Source of the DNA: an uncultured Phycisphaerales bacterium
GTDB lineage: Bacteria > Planctomycetota > Phycisphaerae > Tepidisphaerales > Tepidisphaeraceae
Assembly (NCBI GenBank): GCA_963758525.1
Contig: CAVWVQ010000003.1
Span: forward strand, 2,656,001 to 2,720,000
Length of the DNA stretch: 64,000 bases
Direction: 5' to 3'
This document shows, piece after piece, positions 50,425-60,234 of the stretch; the stretch's first letter is position 1, and the number at the start of each line of letters is the position of its first letter. A model generated the notes under the pieces. The model saw only the letters and a list, made by a program, of their open reading frames with translations, did not search any database and was not told where the DNA came from. Both the position numbers and the translations under genes were made by a program.

Positions 50425-53181
50425 ATGCGGAAACGAGCACGCGATTTTACTCTTGTTGAGCCGCAGCGCTGCCTCAGGCGAAGATCCAAATCAGCTTTCA
50501 TCTCTGAAGGGGCTTCTTGTCAACGGCGAGACGGCTTGATTGCTAAGTTCCGTTCATTGCTCTCTCCGATCAGCTTCGCGCACTCCCCCTGCGCCCTTGG
50601 CGGGGAGGCTAACGAGGCGGGGGTTTGGGGGCAGAGCCCCCAAGTCTTTGTCGTTCTCGGCGGAACCGTGGCTGCCATCCGGCACCGCGCGGGCGGCGCG
50701 ATGCGGCGGTTGAATTCATCTCTATGCGGTCATCGGACGGACGGGTCGCAATGCCAGGCCGTGTGTTCCGAGCCGAATAAAACCTTGTTCGCGTCAACCG
50801 GGCCGAATTCACACTGTCGCAGTCACCAGCAGAACCCGAATCCGACGCCAGTGGCGTCCGATTCGAACCAATGCCTGCCGGGCCGAATGAAGCCGAGTCG
50901 CGGTCTCCAGATTGACGAGACATCGTCTTGCATGGCTGCAAGAACTATTGATGTCATAAGCGTTCCGCCGAACCGCTGGTCATGCCAGGATCATCTCCTC
51001 TTCTTGTTTGACAGGTTGTTGCTTAGCAGATTGTTGCTTGAGCCGGGCCTTGTTGGCCGCCCGCTCGTGTCCGGTGGGCTCCTGGCCCTGGTAGGCCGTC
51101 CCGTCGCGGACCATGGCAAAGAGGACACGCAGCAGGCGTCTTCCCATCGCGACGTTCGCCTTGGGCTTGACCATGTGTCCGATCAGCCGCTGGCGGATCG
51201 CCTCCTGCTTCGCGTCGGAGCGGCAGAGGGTGACCGCGGCCTTGCACAACGCCCAGCGCAGCGTGGCGCTGCCCGCCTTGGTGATGTGACCCGACTGGGT
51301 CCGGCCGGCCGACTCCTGGTTGTCGGGAGTCAATCCCGCCCAGAACTCGAGGGTGTCGGCGTTGGGAAAACGGGAGAACTCGCCGATCTCCGCGGCGATG
51401 ATGCACGCCCAGATCTCGTCGATTCCCGGCACGCTCTTGAGAATCGCAATCAGGGAGGCGAATCGCCGGTCGCGGTTGGCAAAAATGATTTTCCTGCGCA
51501 GGCATTCCCGCTGTCGCTCGATCAGGCAGACCAGGTCCAGGAAGTTGCCGAAGGCTTCGCGCTGCACGTCCTTGAGCAGATCGCCATTGGCCAGCAGCCA
51601 TTTCTGGGCGCCGGCGCCGTCCAGCTTGGGACCGCGAATGTTGGCGGCCAGGAGCATCGACCGCATGGCGTGCTTGGCGCGGGTGAGGGTGCGGGACAAA
51701 TGCCGCCAGTGCCGGCCGAGCTTGCGGAGCTGCATCACTGCTTCGGGGGCGATCCATCCCAGCGGGCACTCCCCGCGGGAGAGGCGCTGGGCGATGTCGG
51801 CCGCGTCCTTGCGATCGGTCTTGCGCCGCTTACCCCGGAGGTTGGACAACTGCGTCGCGTCGGCGATCTCGATCTTGTCCACGCAGGAGCGGAAGCGGTC
51901 GATGAACCACTCGACAAAGCCGACGGCTTCCACTGCCAGGCGGCTGGGACGCGGCAACGCCAGCATCCATTTTTCGATGCGGTCAACGCACTTGGTGTCA
52001 CAGGTCAGCGCGGCGATCTGCGTCCCCGAAGCATCGACAGCACACAGCGAGACGGTACACTTATGCAAATCCACGCCGACGAACGCGGCGTACGAAACAG
52101 GCACATCAGACATAACAAACTCCGTGTTAGGGACCAAGGGAACTTAGAACACTCCCGGAAGCGTAACGGCTTCCGCAGGCCCCTTCACGGTTTTACGCTG
52201 GTGGAACTCCTCGTTGTTATTGGAATCATCGCTGTCTTGATTGCATTATTGCTTCCGTCCCTCCAAAAAGCGCGACAGCAGGCCAGGTACGTCAGATGGC
52301 AGGCTTTCAGCCGTGATTTGTCGATGGATCCCAGCGTCATCGTCCATTACGACATGCAGAATGATGCGGGAACCTCCTTCCTGACGAATATGGCCATGGG
52401 TAATGCCCGAGACCCATCAATGGTCCCGTCCAATCTCGACGCGCAGATTCTCGACTGGTCGCAGAGCCCCTTTCCGCTGCTCTCGGTCAACTATCCCGGG
52501 CAGGTGGCCGCACTATGGTCGAATAGCGGGCGATTCCCGGGAAAGCCGGCCCTGTCGTTCAACCCAACGCTCACACCCAACGCCATGGCCTACATCGGAC
52601 AGCGGAACAATGGAATCGGTCGGATCGCCAACATGCTGCGCAAAACGCAGGCCTACACGCTTTTGTACTGGGTCTATGTGCCCCGTCCGGCTGTTGACAA
52701 CCAGCTCTTTGTGTATTGGGCTGGCAAGGGCAATTCTGCACAGATCGTGGTCACCACGGATATGGCCTGGGGCGGGAACGTCAACGCCTCGCAGGGGAGC
52801 GGTTTTGGCGGTTCCCCTACCATGACCTCATTTTCCACCGGAACAGGAGCGATTCCATTCACCTATGGGCAAGACTCGCGGTGGAATCTGTTTGCCTTCA
52901 CCAGCGATCGCAGATCTGGAGTTGCCAAGCTCTATCAGAACGGCGTGCTGGTCGCCTACCAGCAGTCGGGCAACCAGTTGATCGTCGGCCCTGACGTGGC
53001 GTATCCAACCGGCAGCGATCCTGGCGCATTGGTCTTTGGAAATTGGCCGAACCACGGTGAGAACAATATCGTCTGCGACGAATTTGGACTTTTCGACTCT
53101 GATCTTTCTCCCAACGACCCATTGATACTGGGCACCATTTCGCCACGCTTTTTCCCGATGTACACTGTGGGCGTGAATTAA
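50425..53181 (+). CDS. Type IV prepilin-like protein with a C-terminal LamG-like domain, carrying an in-frame IS1111-type insertion (host parts 50425-50500 and 52196-53181)
   Basis: Reconstructed native N-terminus [48 protein letters not shown]. LamG-like [24 protein letters not shown]. Confidence 0.85.
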   Translation: MRKRARDFTLVEPQRCLRRRSKSAFISEGASCQRRDGLIAKFRSLLSPISFAHSPCALGGEANEAGVWGQSPQVFVVLGGTVAAIRHRAGGAMRRLNSSLCGHRTDGSQCQAVCSEPNKTLFASTGPNSHCRSHQQNPNPTPVASDSNQCLPGRMKPSRGLQIDETSSCMAARTIDVISVPPNRWSCQDHLLFLFDRLLLSRLLLEPGLVGRPLVSGGLLALVGRPVADHGKEDTQQASSHRDVRLGLDHVSDQPLADRLLLRVGAAEGDRGLAQRPAQRGAARLGDVTRLGPAGRLLVVGSQSRPELEGVGVGKTGELADLRGDDARPDLVDSRHALENRNQGGESPVAVGKNDFPAQAFPLSLDQADQVQEVAEGFALHVLEQIAIGQQPFLGAGAVQLGTANVGGQEHRPHGVLGAGEGAGQMPPVPAELAELHHCFGGDPSQRALPAGEALGDVGRVLAIGLAPLTPEVGQLRRVGDLDLVHAGAEAVDEPLDKADGFHCQAAGTRQRQHPFFDAVNALGVTGQRGDLRPRSIDSTQRDGTLMQIHADERGVRNRHIRHNKLRVRDQGNLEHSRKRNGFRRPLHGFTLVELLVVIGIIAVLIALLLPSLQKARQQARYVRWQAFSRDLSMDPSVIVHYDMQNDAGTSFLTNMAMGNARDPSMVPSNLDAQILDWSQSPFPLLSVNYPGQVAALWSNSGRFPGKPALSFNPTLTPNAMAYIGQRNNGIGRIANMLRKTQAYTLLYWVYVPRPAVDNQLFVYWAGKGNSAQIVVTTDMAWGGNVNASQGSGFGGSPTMTSFSTGTGAIPFTYGQDSRWNLFAFTSDRRSGVAKLYQNGVLVAYQQSGNQLIVGPDVAYPTGSDPGALVFGNWPNHGENNIVCDEFGLFDSDLSPNDPLILGTISPRFFPMYTVGVN
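50514..50979 (-). ncRNA. Predicted seekRNA/bridge-RNA region of the IS1111-type element (exact ends unknown)
   Basis: Noncoding region 3' of the transposase with hairpins (about 50626-50641, 50813-50823, 50838-50864, 50926-50943) and segments matching the target and donor junctions. Confidence 0.6.
50980..52113 (-). CDS. IS110-family DEDD transposase/recombinase
   Basis: VGVDLHK, AVEAVG and KTDRKDA (DEDD); [30 protein letters not shown]. Confidence 0.95.
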   Translation of the reverse strand: MSDVPVSYAAFVGVDLHKCTVSLCAVDASGTQIAALTCDTKCVDRIEKWMLALPRPSRLAVEAVGFVEWFIDRFRSCVDKIEIADATQLSNLRGKRRKTDRKDAADIAQRLSRGECPLGWIAPEAVMQLRKLGRHWRHLSRTLTRAKHAMRSMLLAANIRGPKLDGAGAQKWLLANGDLLKDVQREAFGNFLDLVCLIERQRECLRRKIIFANRDRRFASLIAILKSVPGIDEIWACIIAAEIGEFSRFPNADTLEFWAGLTPDNQESAGRTQSGHITKAGSATLRWALCKAAVTLCRSDAKQEAIRQRLIGHMVKPKANVAMGRRLLRVLFAMVRDGTAYQGQEPTGHERAANKARLKQQSAKQQPVKQEEEMILA

Positions 53182-53211
53182 CCTGACCGGCCCCCAAACC
53201 GATGCGTGTCC

Positions 53212-53691
53212 ATGGCGCTTAGAGAATTCTTCAGTCAAAACCCCAAGGCGGTCGCCACAGGGACCGTCCTGGTGCTGGCAGCTTGCCTTGTTGTGATCTT
53301 TTCCGAGTTGAACGGCGGCGGAAAACCCAGGTTGCCGATCATGCCTGATCAGGCATTTTACACCACTGACGACGGCGCTACCCTCTTCGCCGATTCCCTC
53401 TCCAAAGTTTCCCCAATCGACCATAATGGGCATCAGGCTGTGCGGGCCCACGTCTACAGCTGCGATGGAGGGCGCCATCGATGGGTGCAGTATCTGGAAA
53501 AGATGACCGAGAAAGAGAAAACAATCGCTGAATCTCCCGAGCAATCCCGCAGCCATTCGTTCGATCCTCTGATCAAAAAGCCGGGGGATTCAAAATGGGT
53601 CCACCAGAGCGATCTCACTGCGCCGGCGATGATGATCCCAAAGTGCCCCGACGGGATGGGCTCAGGCGTGCCGCAACCCGTCGCCCCCTGA
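53212..53691 (+). CDS. Uncharacterised 'DDG' prepilin-partner protein (paralog 3)
   Basis: TM helix; FYTTDDGATLF, PIDHNGHQAV, VYSC, YLEK, KKPG..WV, CP. Confidence 0.8.
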   Translation: MALREFFSQNPKAVATGTVLVLAACLVVIFSELNGGGKPRLPIMPDQAFYTTDDGATLFADSLSKVSPIDHNGHQAVRAHVYSCDGGRHRWVQYLEKMTEKEKTIAESPEQSRSHSFDPLIKKPGDSKWVHQSDLTAPAMMIPKCPDGMGSGVPQPVAP

Positions 53692-54099
53692 CCCTGAAAG
53701 CCGCTTGCGCGAAAAAGTCAGGCTGTGCCTTTCATCTGCGGGAATGCGAAGTACAGTTGGAAATGCGAAGGGGGTCAGCCCCAGGTCAGCCCAGCTTCCC
53801 GTTTGAAGCCGCACGTTTCGTTTTCTCCGGGCCCTTGCTGTTGTTCTCCTTACTCGGCCGCCACGGATTTCGCGCCGCGGGTGATCTCGAGTTCCAGTTG
53901 CCGCAAGCCCGTCGTGGGGGAGACGCAGCCGGGCGCGGCTGGTTGTTCTCAATTCATCTTCACCTTCGATATTGTCTTGCTTCGGGCTGCAGCGCGGCAT
54001 GCGATTGTACTGCAGGCGCAGGCGGGTCAACATCCTGCGCACAGTCCCCTCAACGATGCTCAAAAACAACCACAGAGAGGGAGGAGCGCACGGAGCACA

Positions 54100-54326
54100 C
54101 ACGCCGCGGAGCGTGCATTGCGCCCGGCGGTGGTGGCCCGGAAGATCAGCGGCGGGAGCCGCAGCAGAAACGGCGCGGAGGCATGGGCGACGCTTTGCTC
54201 GCTGCTCCGCACGGCCGATCAGCAGGGCCAGAATCTGCTCGAGACGATCAAGGCGATGTTAATTGGAGCATGGGCCGCGAAGCGGCCGCCGACCATGCCG
54301 GCGGGGCCGTGACTGCAGCCAGTTAC
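54100..54326 (+). mobile_element. IS66-family remnant (transposase C-terminus and right end)
   Basis: AERALRPAVVARKISGGSRSRNGAEA..SLLRT, followed by a GTTAC terminus. Confidence 0.7.
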
Positions 54327-54978
54327 CCCAAATAACTCGCGTTCGCCTGATGCATTCCCGTTCGTCATGGTTTACAGACTGACCCCTGCATCGGAAAGGT
54401 TAAGAATTGTTGAAGACGCAATTGTAGCGCAGGAAACAGTAGCATCAGGACAGACGCTGAGGGTTATGCTCCCGTCCTAGATAGGAAGCTGGGCGACCCT
54501 CTTCGCGCCTCCCGAATTTTCGGCGCACCCCCACAATTCATGATAAAACATCCGCTCGACAAGGCTTAGCCGATCACAGGAGAATTGAGCCGATGGGCAC
54601 CACTACCGCAGTTTCAGCGAAGCTAACCTGGAATGGCGTGCCTGCGAAGAAACATGGCGACTCCTTTGCCGACGCGACAAGAAATACCGCGTTTTCGGTG
54701 GAGTTCAAGCAGTGCTCTTTTTCACTAAAGTCCCTGTAGCCGCCCCAAAAATAAGTTATCCAGCCGTTTTTGCCGGCGCGACCGGCGTCACTGAACGATA
54801 AAAGCCCCGCTTGCAGACGGGCGGCAGCTTCAGAATCACACGCTCTCGCTGGGAGGCGGAAAAGACGGAGCGGTTCTTTTGACGACGAGTGATGGTGATC
54901 CGGTTTGTACAGTCTCGATCCGGACTCGTTCCCGCTGATCTACGGCCCCGATGAGCAGCGTGACAGTGCAAGGCAGTC

Positions 54979-55894
54979 ATGATTAGGAATAATTCAATCC
55001 TGGTCGTTATGGTGATGATGCTGGGCCTGTGTCGCGCCAGCACGGCTGCGGAATTTTTGCATCCTGGGATTACGCTCTCGAAGGCGGATCTCGAGGCGCT
55101 CAAGGCCAATCTGAATACGGAGCCATGGAAGTCGGCGCTGCGGCGATCGGCCAGAGTCATGTGATGACGCGCGACCAGATCATTCGCTATCTGGCCAATT
55201 GCGTGGTGCGAAACATGGTATTGCTGGTGAACGTCACTCCCGACCGTCACGGGGTAATTCCGGAACTGGAACAGCAACGGCTGCGGGAAGTGGGCGTTTG
55301 GCTGGCGAAGGCAGGCAAGGCCGTCTACGGCACGCGCGGCGGTCCGTGGGAACCGGTCGACAGACAGTACGGCTGCTGCTACAGCGGAAACACCGTCTAC
55401 TTCCACCTGCTAAAAGCTTATAGCGGCGACGCATTGCGCGTGCCGCCACTGGGTGATTTGCGCGTCGTCAAAACATACAGCGTCATCGGCGGCAAGAGTC
55501 TGAATTTTGCAGCCGATGACAAAGGAGGCATGGTAGTCCGCGGCATCGATCGGATCGTTTCTCCGGTCGACACGATCGTCGGCGTGCAATTCAGCGGTGA
55601 GGTCAAAAGCGTCTGGGCGGCCGTAGCTGAGAGGTGACGATGAGACAGGTGACGAATGACAGTCGGCGTCGCGCTGATCGTCACGATCCGCGGCCCTCCC
55701 TCTACGTCAATGGCGAAGCGGCCGGAGAAAACACCCACATGGCGTTTTCCCCCATTTGCCTCGGTCCCACCACGGAGAACTGCACCGGCAAATCCCAATT
55801 TGTCCGAGACCCATATTTGAACGGCAAGGTGGACGACTTCCGCATCTATCGAGGGCCGCTGTCTGCCGGCGAGGTGAAATCGCTTGCGACATGA
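54979..55894 (+). pseudogene. Collapsed lyase-like / GH29 / LamG fragments (copy 2)
   Basis: Same lesions as 35114-36029. Confidence 0.75.
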
Positions 55895-56450
55895 GCAGCG
55901 CCTGCGTCAGCGCCAAGAACAGGCCTACCGGGACGCGTTTCCCCGGTGGCTGATTCAGCCCGTTGCAGCTCCGCGGCGTCTGCTTGAGGCCCTCGAAGAT
56001 GCGATCCGACGGGTGCGGTTTGACGGGCCGAGCTTTAACTCTGCCGACCGCGATCTGCTCCGCGCCGTCAAGCAGGGTCGATTCGGTTCCCTGTTCGCCG
56101 AACTGCCGCTCATTGGACGGGATCGCCAGCCTCCAGCGGTGAAGCTGATATACAAGCTTGGTCTGCAGCTTTACGGGCTGATGCCGGAGTCGGTGTTGTC
56201 CGACTTACTGATCGACAACGACGTGCGTGTGGTTCTCCAGCGAGATTACCTCGTCGCCGTCTGTTCCACGCTCGCGCATCGCTACCTACAGACGGGCAGG
56301 GCATACTATTCGCCGTACCGTCCGGTCCTTGAACTGGACGGCATCCGCAAGTTTGTGGCGTTCACCCGGAACGCTATCCGCCAGGTGTATAACTTGTGCG
56401 TTCCGCAGTGGCGGACGTACATTGGTCACGAGGACGCTTTCGAAGGGTAA
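55884..56450 (+). CDS. Hypothetical protein (copy 2)
   Basis: Duplicate of 36019. Confidence 0.45.
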   Translation: MRHEQRLRQRQEQAYRDAFPRWLIQPVAAPRRLLEALEDAIRRVRFDGPSFNSADRDLLRAVKQGRFGSLFAELPLIGRDRQPPAVKLIYKLGLQLYGLMPESVLSDLLIDNDVRVVLQRDYLVAVCSTLAHRYLQTGRAYYSPYRPVLELDGIRKFVAFTRNAIRQVYNLCVPQWRTYIGHEDAFEG

Positions 56451-56541
56451 ACGACGTCTGTATAGTGCCGCGCACCGCGGCGACTCCAGGCTCGCTTTGA
56501 CGAAGAGTTCGTTCATCGTCCTGTGAAATGAGCCTTGATGG

Positions 56542-57570
56542 TCAGCGAGGCCGCCCGGTGGCTCTGCGCTCGTCTGGGGAGGGTACGACGAACGCGCGCA
56601 TTTGCGTCTCCTTGTCGGCCAGATAGCGATCCGGGGCGAGCTGAATCTGATCGTCCACCGTCAGCCTGCCGTCGATAAAGCCGCCAACAGCGTCGAACTC
56701 ATAGGGAATGTGGAACCGAGCCGGGTCGGTGGGGTCGGGTTGGCCGGCGAACAGTCTGAGCTGACCCGCGTAGTCCACCGTCACGTTGCCTTTTTGTTGC
56801 CCGCTGTTAGTGATCAAGGTCGCGCCGGCGTTCAGGAACAGGGAACAGTCGCTCAGAACGGCCAAATCGGCGTCAGACGTTGCCGGCTTCAGCGCTACAC
56901 CCACGAGTTGCCGATTGGTCCGCAACGCGTAATTGCAAAAGAGACTATCATCCGAACCGTACTTGTTAATCGAGCTGTGAACGAGCTCAGAACAATTCTG
57001 CGAGCACGAGACGTAGACGACTACCAGCCGCACCCCAGCGGCCGTGCGACACTGGTGCAGGACCAGCATCGTCGTATGCGGCTGATTGAACAGCGGGCCG
57101 GAATGAAATAGCGTGTCGGGCACCGTGACGGTGGTCGGCATGCTCGCGGTGAACGGCGGCGCCAGCGCGCCAACCGGTACCGACACCATCTCCTTTGGCC
57201 GGTTGATCGTGTCAAATTGGCAAATCTGGTTCACCGGCCCCGCGGCCATGAGGCGCCCGATTCCATCGGGGTCCTCCGCGTACAACAGCGTCCCCGGCGG
57301 GGCGAGGTAATCCATGCACTGCTGCTGGGCCGGCAGATACGCCGCTCGAACGATCGCGCGTTGGGCTTGCACCTTTCGCTCGGCCTGCCGCCGCTGGAAA
57401 TCCGCCCACTGCTGGCGAGCACAACCGTTAAGGCCGGGGCCGACAACATAGACGCCCAGCATGACCGTGTTGATCAGGGTGAGCAGGAGCATTAGCCGAA
57501 ACGATCGCCGGCTGACGCCGGACGTCGACGGTGCGTACTGGATCGGCGTGGACGTGTGACGCTCGCTCAC
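56542..57570 (-). CDS. Hypothetical membrane-anchored protein (copy 2)
   Basis: Duplicate of 36677. Confidence 0.7.
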   Translation of the reverse strand: MSERHTSTPIQYAPSTSGVSRRSFRLMLLLTLINTVMLGVYVVGPGLNGCARQQWADFQRRQAERKVQAQRAIVRAAYLPAQQQCMDYLAPPGTLLYAEDPDGIGRLMAAGPVNQICQFDTINRPKEMVSVPVGALAPPFTASMPTTVTVPDTLFHSGPLFNQPHTTMLVLHQCRTAAGVRLVVVYVSCSQNCSELVHSSINKYGSDDSLFCNYALRTNRQLVGVALKPATSDADLAVLSDCSLFLNAGATLITNSGQQKGNVTVDYAGQLRLFAGQPDPTDPARFHIPYEFDAVGGFIDGRLTVDDQIQLAPDRYLADKETQMRAFVVPSPDERRATGRPR

Positions 57571-58136
57571 TTTCCATCTCCCGCGGGGGGCGACTTGGGA
57601 TCATAGGCGCCGCTCCGTGGGGTCGTGTGCGGATTTGCCTCGTGGTAGGCCTTGGGACTGACGCTCACGATCAGCGGCGTGCCGTGGTACTGGCCCAGTT
57701 TGATCTTTTCTTCGATTTCACGCATTCCACTGCGGGCGTCGAGGCGCACAAGCTCCCCAAGCTTCGCGTCCTCCGGCACGCTAAATGCCTGGAGCTTACT
57801 CAGATTGACCAGGTCGATGTGAAACGTGCACTGCCCTCGGTCCACCAGCGCCACCACCGTTATGACGATCGTCTGCGCACCGTCGCTGGCCGACGGATAC
57901 TTGCAGCCGCTGGTCGTGGGGCTGTTGGTGTCTTTGCCGGTTTGAAGGGTCACAAAGCCGTCGGGCGTTCCTTTCGGCAGCTCGATCCGGAACCGTTGCA
58001 CGAGACAGGAATTGTCGCTCACGAGCGGCACCTCTGCCGTGAACTGGATCGGCTGAGTCGTCGCAGCCTGTCCTCCGGCAAATGCGTGTCCGGCGAAGAA
58101 AAGGCCGAGCAGGAGGGAAATGAAATGATGACGAAT
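57567..58136 (-). CDS. Hypothetical secreted protein (copy 2)
   Basis: Duplicate of 37702. Confidence 0.55.
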   Translation of the reverse strand: MRHHFISLLLGLFFAGHAFAGGQAATTQPIQFTAEVPLVSDNSCLVQRFRIELPKGTPDGFVTLQTGKDTNSPTTSGCKYPSASDGAQTIVITVVALVDRGQCTFHIDLVNLSKLQAFSVPEDAKLGELVRLDARSGMREIEEKIKLGQYHGTPLIVSVSPKAYHEANPHTTPRSGAYDPKSPPAGDGK

Positions 58137-58234
58137 ACTTTGCTCCTCGCAGAGGGACTGACCGTCAGAATCGCTTCATCACGCATATCATCCGGCTCTT
58201 TCAGACGCCAGCAACCCCCTCAGCCGCCGTCGAA

Positions 58235-58711
58235 TTAACGATACGTTTCCGTGAGATGGCCGTTATCAGTCTGTGGCTCCGAAACACTGGCCGACTGGAA
58301 GCGCCATGCACTCATTTGCGAAATCAACGTCCATACTCCGCTGATCAGCAGTAGAGCGGGCGCGGAGGCGATCAAGGAGAGATGGTGATCAATGAACCAG
58401 TGAGATAGTTCTATGATGAACGAAGCAGTTCCGACGAGGCAGACGATCATGGCCAGCCGCGTGACCAGGGGCGGAGATTTCAGGAAGGCGTACAACACCG
58501 CGCCAGCGGCATAGGCGACGAGGTAGGCAAGGACCTGAGCGAGTGAGTATTCGCTGTGGTACTCGTAGCCCCATCCATTGCTGTATCCATACGAAAAAAA
58601 GGTCCAACTGAGATCCGAACGACCCAACGGGGCCGTGATGAGAGTAAACGCTGTGCAGGCCAGCAACAGGGCAACGAGGTGCAGGATAATGAAGATGGGC
58701 CACCTTGTCAT
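58235..58711 (-). CDS. Hypothetical integral membrane protein (copy 2)
   Basis: Duplicate of 38378. Confidence 0.65.
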   Translation of the reverse strand: MTRWPIFIILHLVALLLACTAFTLITAPLGRSDLSWTFFSYGYSNGWGYEYHSEYSLAQVLAYLVAYAAGAVLYAFLKSPPLVTRLAMIVCLVGTASFIIELSHWFIDHHLSLIASAPALLLISGVWTLISQMSAWRFQSASVSEPQTDNGHLTETYR

Positions 58712-59216
58712 AACAGCCTCACATCGCCTCGCAGGCTGCTATCGCGAGCGGGTGCGGAAGGATAAACTACAATTCTTTGGCGACTGCGAGCCTTGCAACA
58801 GCCCGCGGGCTATTTTACACAAATGCTTCTTTTGAAGCGATGAATCGAATGTAGGGAGGCCGGGCGAAGTTCCACCACACCAATCCAAAGACCAGTTTTT
58901 GATACTGTGGGCGGCCAAGAAGCGCCACGAGCTAATCTTGGCTTTTGAAGCGGGGCCGCTTTGATGGATGCAATGGGCGCGGCGGTTAGGTTCATTGGTG
59001 GCGCGGTGGATACGCCGCGAACCAATGCGCCGCTGTTCCAATCGCTCGGCTTCGCGTGCTCTTCGGCACGTCGCGCTAGATCGTAGGGTACAGAGTTGGA
59101 AACCGTGTCCAGCGGCCGCTGAAAAATACGGCGGATTCCACCTGTTTCGGAGTAAGTATTGGCGATGGAGTGCAGGCGACGGCGATGAAGTGATTGCCGC
59201 CCTCCTGGACGCCCGA

Positions 59217-59738
59217 TCACCTGGTTGTGCCCATCCCGAATTGGTCGAAGAAGGCTGCATATGCGACTTTAATCATGTCGTACAGCGGGGCACAATCGAG
59301 GGATCGTTGATTCGCAAAGTACAGGGCGGCATACGGGCACTCATCTGCAGCTGGCAGCGCAAATGCTTCGGGGGGGATCGAGTTTAAAACTTGCTCATTG
59401 CATATGGATTCAAGTGCAGCACGATCATCCGTTGCGTCGAGCCCAGACATGAAGACAGCGAAAGCATGAAGGGGCGGCTGCTCTTCATCTTCGGCTTGGG
59501 ACAGGCGCATGTAACCAGCCGTATCTCCGCACCTGAAAAACGTGGCGGCGAGCCAACCGTCGGCGACGATCCTAAACGTTCCGTGTTCGAGCAAAGCCGA
59601 CTTCATTTCCACGTACACTTCTTCGAGCTTGTCTGCGCTGCAGGCTGTCGCTCGCGGATCGACAATTCTTCGGCAGCCCGGAGGATAAAAGAGCTTTCCG
59701 TGAAAATGAAATACCATGCTACGCGCACATCGTGCCAT
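59217..59738 (-). CDS. Hypothetical protein (copy 2)
   Basis: Duplicate of 39359. Confidence 0.55.
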   Translation of the reverse strand: MARCARSMVFHFHGKLFYPPGCRRIVDPRATACSADKLEEVYVEMKSALLEHGTFRIVADGWLAATFFRCGDTAGYMRLSQAEDEEQPPLHAFAVFMSGLDATDDRAALESICNEQVLNSIPPEAFALPAADECPYAALYFANQRSLDCAPLYDMIKVAYAAFFDQFGMGTTR

Positions 59739-59878
59739 GCTTGACGACTGTTTTCGAGCTTTCAGCAGTTCCGCAGAGTTGAATTGACGTCAAAGCACGC
59801 ATATTCGACCGCACGGCGTTTAACAGATGCAAAACTAATCCTGATTCCCGCCGGGCCGTTTCGACGTAGACTCCATGC

Positions 59879-60131
59879 ATGCGATCCGATGAGGTATCAG
59901 CCCGGCAAGCGCAGAAAATCTCCTCGTGGCTCACGCCAACCCTCGTGAGGCTGGTCAAGCTGCACGCCCGCATGGTCGTGAATGACTTCTCCGATAGCGA
60001 TCCGTTGATGGCGAAAGTGGTAGCGGCCAAAGAGGGTGCGCGAATTGCGCGTGGAGTTACATGATCTGGAGGCGGGGCGGCAACGGCCAGAAGAAGCGCC
60101 GACGTGGTTGAAGGCGCGTGGCGTTGATTAA
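59879..60131 (+). pseudogene. Frameshifted third copy of the 84-aa protein gene
   Basis: Matches 40021 but loses the frame after VVAAKE. Confidence 0.7.
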
Positions 60132-60234
60132 TCTGGTTCCATCGAACGACAACGGAGAGTGCTGATGCGCCGCTCGCGTTTCTATGCCGGCATACTCATG
60201 GTGCTGTTGTTGACAGTGACCTTCAACATCCCGG

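Larger units (their letters stand above)
50501..52195 (-). mobile_element. IS110-superfamily element of IS1111 type, 1695 bp
   Basis: Subterminal inverted repeats TGAAGGGGC (50505-50513) / GCCCCTTCA (52179-52187) lie 4 and 7-8 nt inside the ends. Long noncoding region downstream of the transposase. No multi-base target duplication. Excision restores GCT TTC ACG CTG GTG GAA. Confidence 0.88.
54727..60209 (+). repeat. Copy 2 of the 5.5-kb direct duplication
   Basis: Near-identical to 34862-40353. Confidence 0.95.

Noticed and set aside
50445..50460. The first FTLVE (TTTTACTCTTGTTGAG) as the left IS boundary with a TTTTAC target duplication
   Set aside because: The subterminal inverted repeat position and the guide match both place the boundary at 50500/50501, which restores SA|FTLVELL.
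50626..50641. GGGGGCAGAGCCCCC hairpin as a host terminator or REP
   Set aside because: It is single-copy, has no U-tract and lies inside the IS noncoding region, so it is treated as part of the element.
50425..53181. The 918-aa ORF as one novel protein family
   Set aside because: The middle 565 codons are the antisense strand of the IS element. Only the flanks are pilin sequence.
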